Source: Candidatus Melainabacteria bacterium (lineage in GTDB: Bacteria; Cyanobacteriota; Vampirovibrionia; 2-02-FULL-35-15). From it: DNA of 64,000 nucleotides. Both the position numbers and the translations under genes were made by a program. The stretch spans positions 89,057 to 153,056 of the forward strand of contig JAHFBG010000005.1 in the NCBI GenBank assembly GCA_023250155.1, read 5' to 3'. Position 1 is the first letter of the stretch. Each line of letters begins with the position of its first letter. Shown piece by piece: positions 57,255-64,000 of this stretch. The notes below the pieces were generated by a model. That model was not told the origin of the DNA and made no database searches. It saw only the letters and a program-made list of their open reading frames with translations.

Positions 57255-60224
57255 ATGAACAAGTATATTCCAGCCAAATTATTTTTATCTTTTATATTAA
57301 TGGTCCAGTTATTGGTCTTACAAAATTTTTATCCTTTATATTCTCAAGCAGCGATGCCAACCTGTAGTGGAACCACAGCTGTATGCCCTTCTGGCCAAAC
57401 TGCGGTTTGTACAAATGGCCATGTTGGTACAGCAAAGTGTGTAGCACAAATTTATGGTGCACCTTATATACCAGGCTGTGAAACAGAGACTGCTTTCTAT
57501 ACTGATGATGCTAATTGTGTTAGCTCATCAACTACTAGCTCATCAACTACTAGTTCATCGACCACAAGCTCATCAACTACCAGCTCTACTAGTGGAACAT
57601 TGTCGATTACAAGTAATTCCCCTTTACCAAATGGCTCATTAAATACTTCTTACTTTAATTCACTTCAAGCTACAGGTGGTTCCCTTCCATATACCTGGTC
57701 ATGGGTTACTGGTTTCCTGCCAAGTGGTTTATTATTTACTACAAACGGTATATTGAACGGTACTCCTACTCAATCTGGTACTTTTACTCCTACCTTTAGA
57801 GTTACTGATTCTTTTAATCAAACTGCTCAACGAACTTTTTCTCTTACTATTGGAGCTCCTATATCAATTACAAGCAGTTCTGTTTTACCTAACGGTACAT
57901 CAAACTCTTTTTATTCTAATACACTTCAAGCTACTGGCGGCACTCTTCCTTACTCCTGGACATTTATTGCAGGTACTTTACCTAGTGGTTTATCATTTAG
58001 TTCTAATGGTGTTTTAAGTGGTACTCCTACTCAATCGGGTACATTCACTCCTACCTTTAGAGTTACTGATGCTTTTGGACAATCCAGCCAACAAACCTTC
58101 TCCCTTACAGTAAATTCTTTTCTGTCAATTACAACTAATGCTTTATCTAATGGTACTTTAAACTCTTTTTATTCCAATACACTTCAAGCTACTGGCGGCA
58201 ACCTTCCTTATACCTGGGCATTTATTGCAGGTACTTTACCTAGCGGTTTATCATTTAGTTCTAATGGTGTTTTAAGTGGTACTCCTACTCAATCGGGTAC
58301 ATTCACACCTACCTTTAGAGTTATTGATGCCATTGGACAATCTAGCCAAAGAACTTTCTCTCTTACTGTAAATTCCTCCCTATCAATTACAACTAGTGCT
58401 TTATCTAATGGTACTTTAAACTCTTTTTATTCCAATACACTTCAAGCTACTGGCGGCACTCTTCCTTACTCCTGGACATTTATTGCAGGTACTTTACCTA
58501 GTGGTTTATCATTTAGTTCTAACGGTGTCTTAAGTGGTACTCCTACCCAATCTGGTACTTTCACTCCTACCTTTAGAGTTACTGATGCTTTTGGACAATC
58601 CAGCCAACAAACCTTCTCTCTTACGGTAAATTCTTCTCTGTCAATTACAAGTACTACTTTATCTAACGGTACTTTAAACTCTTTTTATTCCAATACACTT
58701 CAAGCTACTGGCGGCACTCTTCCTTATTCTTGGTCATTTATTGCAGGTACTTTACCGAGTGGTTTATCATTTAGTTCTAATGGCGTTTTAAGTGGCACTC
58801 CTACTCAATCTGGTACATTCACTCCTACCTTTAGAGTTACTGATGCTCTTGGTAGCACTTTTCAAAGAACTTTCTCTCTTACTGTCAATTCTTCTCTATC
58901 AATTACAACTAGTGCTTTATCCAATGGTATTTTAAATACTTTTTACTCTTATACAGTCCAAGCTACTGGCGGTACTCTTCCATATAGCTGGTCACTTATT
59001 GCTGGTACTTTAGCAAGCGGTTTATCGTTTAGTTCAAATGGTATTGTAAGTGGTACTCCTACTCAAACAGGTACTTTTACTCCTACCTTTAGAGTTATTG
59101 ATGCCCTTGGACAGTCTAGCCAAAGAACTTTCTCTTATACCATTGCCTTACCATTATCTATTACAACTAGTCCTACCCTACCTAATGGTTCTCTAATTGC
59201 TTCTTACTCCAATACACTTCAAGCTACTGGTGGTACTCTTCCTTATACCTGGTCATTTATTGCTGGTACTTTACCTAGTGGTTTATCATTTAGCTCAAAT
59301 GGGGTTGTAAGTGGTACTCCTACTCAAACAGGCACATTCACTCCTACTTTTAGAGTTACTGATGCTCTTAGTCAATCTAGTCAACGAACTTTCTCCATTA
59401 CTGTAGATTCTTCTCAATGCCCTGTATGTCCACTTGGTTCTCCATTAGTACAATGCTCTAATACTTGTACACAACAAGTTATTAATTGTGAAGGAATGAG
59501 CTATACAAATAGCTGTGACTTCCAAATGAGTTATTGCGGCTGTATCCCAACAACATCTTCAAGCAGCTCATCATCTTCTTCAAGCAGCTCTTCTGGAGGG
59601 GTTTGTCAAAGACCTTGTGGAATAGGTTGTTGTACATCTAATCAACTCTGTGTTGTATATGATCCTTGTATGGGGAGTCCTGGTTGTTTAGCACCTATTG
59701 TTCAATATTGTGCTTCACCAACCGGTGGTGCAGTCAACCTCCCATTCTGTTCATATGGAAGTGTAATGTGTGATGTGGGTTCACCGTTGTGTTCTTCAGG
59801 AAGCAATCTTCCTATCTGTGGTTCAACACTAGGATTTACTGGTGACTTAGCTGGTCCTGCATGTACAAATCTAACAACAACAGTATTAAATGTAGGAAAT
59901 GTCTCTTGTTCACAACAACCTCTAAGCAGACTTTCTCTTGATAATGATGTTACTTGTAATAAGAACAAGCTGTGTCCATCAGGGAAGCGATATAGAGCTT
60001 GTAGAGAAGATAGAACAACATGTAAGTGTGTTTGTCCATTTAGAATTAGAGGACAAAAAGTTACACCTACTTGTAATTCCACAGATACACCAATCTGTTC
60101 AAAAGGCTTAACACCTAAGTGCGGAAATGAAAACAATATTCCATTCTGCTCTAAAGGAAAACTATTCTGTGTAGAACCAACTGCACAATCGATAGATTTA
60201 ACTGATACTATTGAGTGTAAGTAA
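57255..60224 (+). CDS. Secreted surface/adhesin-like protein: signal peptide, Ser/Thr-rich linker, ~7.5 tandem He_PIG/cadherin-like Ig repeats, poly-Ser tract, Cys-rich C-terminal domain
   Basis: MNKYIPAKLFLSFILMVQLLVL signal sequence. SSSTTSSSTT linker. ~81-aa repeats with LP.G..F...G.LSGTPT..GTF.PTFRV.D motif. S13GG tract. Many Cys in the last 230 aa. Confidence 0.65.
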   Translation: MNKYIPAKLFLSFILMVQLLVLQNFYPLYSQAAMPTCSGTTAVCPSGQTAVCTNGHVGTAKCVAQIYGAPYIPGCETETAFYTDDANCVSSSTTSSSTTSSSTTSSSTTSSTSGTLSITSNSPLPNGSLNTSYFNSLQATGGSLPYTWSWVTGFLPSGLLFTTNGILNGTPTQSGTFTPTFRVTDSFNQTAQRTFSLTIGAPISITSSSVLPNGTSNSFYSNTLQATGGTLPYSWTFIAGTLPSGLSFSSNGVLSGTPTQSGTFTPTFRVTDAFGQSSQQTFSLTVNSFLSITTNALSNGTLNSFYSNTLQATGGNLPYTWAFIAGTLPSGLSFSSNGVLSGTPTQSGTFTPTFRVIDAIGQSSQRTFSLTVNSSLSITTSALSNGTLNSFYSNTLQATGGTLPYSWTFIAGTLPSGLSFSSNGVLSGTPTQSGTFTPTFRVTDAFGQSSQQTFSLTVNSSLSITSTTLSNGTLNSFYSNTLQATGGTLPYSWSFIAGTLPSGLSFSSNGVLSGTPTQSGTFTPTFRVTDALGSTFQRTFSLTVNSSLSITTSALSNGILNTFYSYTVQATGGTLPYSWSLIAGTLASGLSFSSNGIVSGTPTQTGTFTPTFRVIDALGQSSQRTFSYTIALPLSITTSPTLPNGSLIASYSNTLQATGGTLPYTWSFIAGTLPSGLSFSSNGVVSGTPTQTGTFTPTFRVTDALSQSSQRTFSITVDSSQCPVCPLGSPLVQCSNTCTQQVINCEGMSYTNSCDFQMSYCGCIPTTSSSSSSSSSSSSSGGVCQRPCGIGCCTSNQLCVVYDPCMGSPGCLAPIVQYCASPTGGAVNLPFCSYGSVMCDVGSPLCSSGSNLPICGSTLGFTGDLAGPACTNLTTTVLNVGNVSCSQQPLSRLSLDNDVTCNKNKLCPSGKRYRACREDRTTCKCVCPFRIRGQKVTPTCNSTDTPICSKGLTPKCGNENNIPFCSKGKLFCVEPTAQSIDLTDTIECK
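57597..59410 (+). repeat. Tandem ~243-nt coding repeats (~7.5 copies); some units near-identical at nucleotide level
   Basis: Repeat units 2 and 4 encode identical peptide stretches (TLPYSWTFIAGTLPSGLSFSSNGVLSGTPTQSGTFTPTFRVTDAFGQSSQQTFSLTVNS). Confidence 0.7.
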
Positions 60225-60329
60225 AACTCCAGCCAATAGCAAATTGGGGAATTAAACAAAGAGGAATCTACTCACAGATAACGTTAGTAGATTCTTCATT
60301 TTGTTCAGAGTGACTTTACTGGTTTATAA

Positions 60330-61667
60330 TCAATACTTATCTCGTAATACTTCTTCTTGCTCTTCGCGAGGTATTTCTTCATTTGTTAATTCGCCAGAAA
60401 TACTCTTTGTTCTTATAATACTTGCACCTATAGAGCTTAGTTTCTGATCCAGATTTTCATAACCACGATCCAGATGGATTAGTCCTGTTACTTCAGTTTT
60501 ACCTTCTGCTATTAAGCCTGCTACAACTAAACCTGCTCCCCCACGTATATCACGAGCTATTATTTTCGTACCACTTAGTTTTTTGACTCCATTAATTACA
60601 GCAACGTTATTGCTTACTTTTATGTCTGCTCCCATCCTTACCAATTCATTTATATTAGCAAAGCGTTCTTCATAGATAGTTTCTTTTATTGTACTTGTAC
60701 CATTGGCTACAGAAAGCGGTACTGTAATTAGTGCCTGAACATCTGTAGGAAAGCCTGGATACCATCCTGTGCTAATGGTTACTGCATTAAGTTTTTTTGT
60801 GTTTGGCTTAGTTTTCAATGTATACGGATCTATTATTTCAACTAATGCACCAGCCTCCTGTAACTTACTTAAGGTAGCTTGTATGTGTTCTATATTTATA
60901 TTTTTCAATACAAGCTCTCCACCTGTACATATTCCAGCCATTAAATAAGTACTAGCTTCTAACCTATCTGAAATAGCTGTATATTCAGTAGAATGTAATT
61001 CTTTTGGGCTTATTCCTTTAATTGTAATTTGGTGTGTTCCAGCTCCTTGAATTTTTGCTCCCATAGAAATTAAGAAGTTTGCAAGATCTGTTATTTCTGG
61101 ATCACAAGCTGCATTTTCAATAATCGTTTCCCCATCTGCTAAAACACTTGCAAGCATAATATTTTCAGTAGCACCATTACTTGGTAAATCAAGGTAAACT
61201 CGTGTACCTGTTAACTTGTTTGCATGGGCAATCATATACCCTTGATCAAAAACAATCTCAGCTCCTAAAGCTTTCAACCCCTTTTCATGAAGATCCAGTC
61301 TGCGAGCCCCTATTTGACACCCACCTGGTAATGCTACTTTTGCTTCCTTAAACCTTCCAACTAAAGCACCTAAAACATTGAACGAAGCCCTCAATCTATT
61401 TACTAGTTCGTTCGGTGCAAATGAACCAGAAATTTCAGAGCTATCAATTTCTAAAGTACTATTTTTAAACTTAACTTTTGCTCCTAAAAATTCTAAAACC
61501 TCTAACATGCTGTATACATCAGCAAGATTTGGTACATTTTTTATGTAGACAGAGCCTGGGTAAAGCAGTGATGCAGCCATTTGTTTTAAAACAGCATTTT
61601 TAGCACCAGCAACGGTTAATTCACCTGATAATTTATTTCCACCAGTTATGACTAATTTTTCTTCCAT
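60330..61667 (-). CDS. murA: UDP-N-acetylglucosamine 1-carboxyvinyltransferase
   Basis: MEEKLVITGGNKLSGELTVAGAKNAVLK N-terminus, 445 aa, EPSP-synthase-like fold length and motifs. Confidence 0.9.
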   Translation of the reverse strand: MEEKLVITGGNKLSGELTVAGAKNAVLKQMAASLLYPGSVYIKNVPNLADVYSMLEVLEFLGAKVKFKNSTLEIDSSEISGSFAPNELVNRLRASFNVLGALVGRFKEAKVALPGGCQIGARRLDLHEKGLKALGAEIVFDQGYMIAHANKLTGTRVYLDLPSNGATENIMLASVLADGETIIENAACDPEITDLANFLISMGAKIQGAGTHQITIKGISPKELHSTEYTAISDRLEASTYLMAGICTGGELVLKNINIEHIQATLSKLQEAGALVEIIDPYTLKTKPNTKKLNAVTISTGWYPGFPTDVQALITVPLSVANGTSTIKETIYEERFANINELVRMGADIKVSNNVAVINGVKKLSGTKIIARDIRGGAGLVVAGLIAEGKTEVTGLIHLDRGYENLDQKLSSIGASIIRTKSISGELTNEEIPREEQEEVLRDKY

Positions 61668-61783
61668 TTTTATTTCCTTTTAATTACCTGGCCAAATTAA
61701 CACAAATAGGCATTGTAGCATTTATTCCTATTTATTTTAACTATTCCACAGATTCTTTATACCCCGATTTATAATGAAAAGCT

Positions 61784-63436
61784 ATGGCCTACAGAGATCT
61801 TAGAGAGTTCTTAAATAAACTTGAGGAGCTAAATGAACTTCAAAGAATAAGAGTTCAGGTTGACCCTTATTTAGAAGTCTCTGAAATTACAGATAGGGTC
61901 TCAAAGGGTATACATGAGAAAAACAAAGCCTTACTTTTCGAAAATATTAAAGGGTATCAGATTCCAATATTGATTAATACCTTAGGCTCTTATAAAAGAA
62001 TGAATCTAGCTCTTGGTATTAATTCCTTTAAAGAGATTGCTCAAAGGATTGAAAAGTTCCTTGAAAAGAAAGTACCTGACAATCTTATTGGCAAATTAGG
62101 TATGCTGCCAAAATTAATAGAACTAGCCTCAATCCCTCCCAAAATGACTAAATTTGCTCCATGCCAAGAAATAGTGATTACAAATCCAGCTGAGCCTATG
62201 TTAGATAAGCTCCCTATTATTACAGCATGGCCTGAAGATGCAGCCCCTTTTATTACACTTACAGTAGTTATTACTAAAGATCCAAAAACAGGTGTTAGAA
62301 ACATTGGAATGTATAGGCTTCAAAAGCTCAACAATAGTACTACCTGCATGCACTGGCATAAGCATCATGATGGAGCACAAAACTATTTAGAAACAGCTAT
62401 TGAATCCCAGTTAAATCAAGTTAAAGATACTTTGTGTAAGGAAGTAAGTGCTATTGAAAACGAAAAAGCTCTAGAAGAATTTGTTGGTATAATGAGCAAT
62501 CCGCGGTCAGCGGTCAACAATCAGCCAACAGCTTCTACTCAATCCTCAATCCTCCCGCCCAATGAGGCGAGGCTCGCTGGAAGCGGCAATCCTCAATCCT
62601 CCCGTAAAATGGAAGTAGCTGTAGTTATAGGCTGTGATCCTAGTGTTATGTACGCAGCATCAGCACCTCTTCCACCAGGAATAGATGAGTTTCTATTTGC
62701 TGGATTTTTAAGAAGTTCACCAGTAGAACTTATTAAGTGTAAAACAATAGATGTTGAAGTTCCTGCAACAAGCGAAATAGTCCTAGAAGGATATGTAGAT
62801 TTAGATGAACTTACTACTGAAGGTCCATTTGGAGATCATACAGGCTTTTACAGTATGCCAGCCTTATTCCCAAAATTTCATATTACAGCAATGACACATA
62901 GAAAAGATCCTATTTATTCAACCATTATTGTAGGAAAACCTCCTATGGAGGATTGTTATATGGGTAAAGCAACAGAACAAATTTTCTTACCTTTAATTAG
63001 AGTGTTTTTACCTGAAATTGTAGATATGAATTTACCATTTGAAGGCGTATTTCACAATTGTGCAATAGTAAGCATAAAGAAAAAATACCCTGCACATGCA
63101 AAAAAAGTAATGAGTGCTATTTGGGGTATAGGACAATTAATGTTTACAAAATATGTTATCGTCGTAGATGATGATATCAATGTTCATGATTTATCTGAGG
63201 TGGCATTTAAAGTTTTTGCAAATACTGATCCCAAGCGTGACTCAATGTTTAGTGAAGGACCTACCGATATATTAGATCATGCATCTACCATATCGTCTAT
63301 CAGTGGCAAGATGGGACTAGATGCTACAAGAAAATGGAAATCAGAAGGATATACCCGTCAGTGGCCTTCTGAAATGACCATGGATTCTAAGACCAAAGAT
63401 CTTGTATCAAATCGATGGAATGAGTACGGTTTATAA
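61784..63436 (+). CDS. UbiD-family (prenylated-FMN-dependent) decarboxylase with ~45-aa in-frame GC-rich insertion
   Basis: N-terminal YRDLREFLNKLEE…, FENIKGY; central and C-terminal UbiD blocks. 550 aa, longer than typical UbiD because of the SNPRSAVNNQPTASTQSSILPPNEARLAGSGNPQSS insert. Confidence 0.8.
   Translation: MAYRDLREFLNKLEELNELQRIRVQVDPYLEVSEITDRVSKGIHEKNKALLFENIKGYQIPILINTLGSYKRMNLALGINSFKEIAQRIEKFLEKKVPDNLIGKLGMLPKLIELASIPPKMTKFAPCQEIVITNPAEPMLDKLPIITAWPEDAAPFITLTVVITKDPKTGVRNIGMYRLQKLNNSTTCMHWHKHHDGAQNYLETAIESQLNQVKDTLCKEVSAIENEKALEEFVGIMSNPRSAVNNQPTASTQSSILPPNEARLAGSGNPQSSRKMEVAVVIGCDPSVMYAASAPLPPGIDEFLFAGFLRSSPVELIKCKTIDVEVPATSEIVLEGYVDLDELTTEGPFGDHTGFYSMPALFPKFHITAMTHRKDPIYSTIIVGKPPMEDCYMGKATEQIFLPLIRVFLPEIVDMNLPFEGVFHNCAIVSIKKKYPAHAKKVMSAIWGIGQLMFTKYVIVVDDDINVHDLSEVAFKVFANTDPKRDSMFSEGPTDILDHASTISSISGKMGLDATRKWKSEGYTRQWPSEMTMDSKTKDLVSNRWNEYGL
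62501..62605. repeat. GC-rich repeat element inserted in frame in the UbiD gene; contains a ctcaatcctcaatcctcccg direct repeat and the shared tcccgccca…ggcgaggctcgct core
   Basis: Sequence read directly. The core matches the element at 2191..2288. Confidence 0.5.
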
Positions 63437-63438
63437 CA

Positions 63439-64000
63439 ATGTATTTTTTACTTCACCCTATTTCATCGATCAATCACCTAGTTGCAAGAATTGTAACTGA
63501 TCAGCTTTCAGTTTTAGCATCCCTGATTTTTTTTATCTTCTTATCATTAAATTATAAAAAGCCTTTCTGGCAAAAAGCTGACGACGATATTAAACTATGG
63601 AGTAACGAATCAAAAGACTCTTTTTTAAAGAAGCGTTCTGAAGATTTTGCACTTTTTGGCAATGCAATTTTTCATATCTTGTTTTCAGTAGTATTGGCTA
63701 TTCTTTTTTTTATTGTAAAGCATAGTACTAGCGAAGTTTTTCCAATTCTATTTGTTCTTATTTTTTCCTGGGGATTAAACAGATTAACGAAATTGATTTA
63801 TAAGAGAGAAAGACCAGAATACTCTTCAAATGTGGTAAAACGACGATTGAGCTATTGTTTCCCAAGTGGACATGTAATGGCAAGCATATCGATTTATTTT
63901 TTTAGTGCTGTTATTTTACAAAATCATATTTCTTTTATACCTTGGTATTTAATTGCACTATTAGTCTCATATTTTGTAATTATGTCAAGGATTTATTTGA
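63439..64000 (+). CDS. PAP2-family phosphatase (phosphatidic acid / undecaprenyl-pyrophosphate phosphatase-like), 3' truncated by window end
   Basis: KLIYKRERP, PSGH and SRIYL motifs (KxxxxxxRP / PSGH / SRxxxxxH) in a multi-TM protein. Not in the ORF track because there is no stop in the window. Confidence 0.6.
   Translation, partial: MYFLLHPISSINHLVARIVTDQLSVLASLIFFIFLSLNYKKPFWQKADDDIKLWSNESKDSFLKKRSEDFALFGNAIFHILFSVVLAILFFIVKHSTSEVFPILFVLIFSWGLNRLTKLIYKRERPEYSSNVVKRRLSYCFPSGHVMASISIYFFSAVILQNHISFIPWYLIALLVSYFVIMSRIYL

Noticed and set aside
57597-59410. Regular ~243-nt tandem repeats that could superficially suggest a CRISPR-like array
   Set aside because: The period is far too long. The units are imperfect, lie in one long open reading frame, and encode Ig-like protein repeats. 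No short direct repeats with unique spacers and no cas genes are present.
1-64000. Search for transposases, integrases, restriction-modification or toxin-antitoxin genes as markers of a mobile or defence island
   Set aside because: No ORF shows DDE, tyrosine or serine recombinase, helicase-nuclease or REase hallmarks. The methyltransferases carry small-molecule or sugar MTase motifs (GxGxG type 11, Trm112-like ribbons), not DNA MTase motifs (DPPY/NPPY or PCQ).

Overview
This is an AT-rich bacterial chromosome segment, probably Gram-negative: it has an outer-membrane β-barrel protein, murA, and LPS/O-antigen-type genes. The right end (about 49.1–64 kb) is a housekeeping block: LptD-like OMP, recF, a DUF721/DciA-like gene, gyrB, prs, tRNA-Val, murA, a UbiD-family decarboxylase and a partial PAP2 phosphatase. 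It is interrupted by a 989-aa surface protein with about 7.5 tandem Ig-like (He_PIG/cadherin-like) repeats. The left 49 kb is one very large surface-glycan or protein-glycosylation locus with an unusual excess of polytopic GT-C-type membrane glycosyltransferases. It has four TPR-tailed TMTC/PMT-like proteins, three 760–772-aa paralogs of an unplaced family, and two tandem GT39/ArnT-like genes next to a Dpm1/ArnC-like GT2. It also has an ArnB/ArnC-like amino-sugar-to-lipid-carrier module, RmlA-like plus RmlB, AsnB-like and WbpG-like amidotransferases with an ACP, a carbamoyltransferase/SxtJ-like/SGNH/SxtK-like decoration module, five SAM methyltransferases, a GT4, a radical-SAM/SPASM protein and a flippase-like protein. 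Embedded in this locus is a small island of two paralogous secreted α-helical proteins; one is disrupted at an A9 homopolymer. Three structured-DNA features stand out. (i) A GC-rich palindromic element family is inserted in frame into at least two unrelated genes, with a different low-complexity insert in recF, reminiscent of Rickettsia RPE-type behaviour. (ii) Two copies of a ~110-nt nested-hairpin repeat with compensatory base changes flank a methyltransferase gene. (iii) A 34-nt perfect palindrome forms the 3' tail of a methyltransferase CDS. No CRISPR array, transposase or integrase is evident. Protein family calls come from motif recognition by eye and need HMM/BLAST confirmation.
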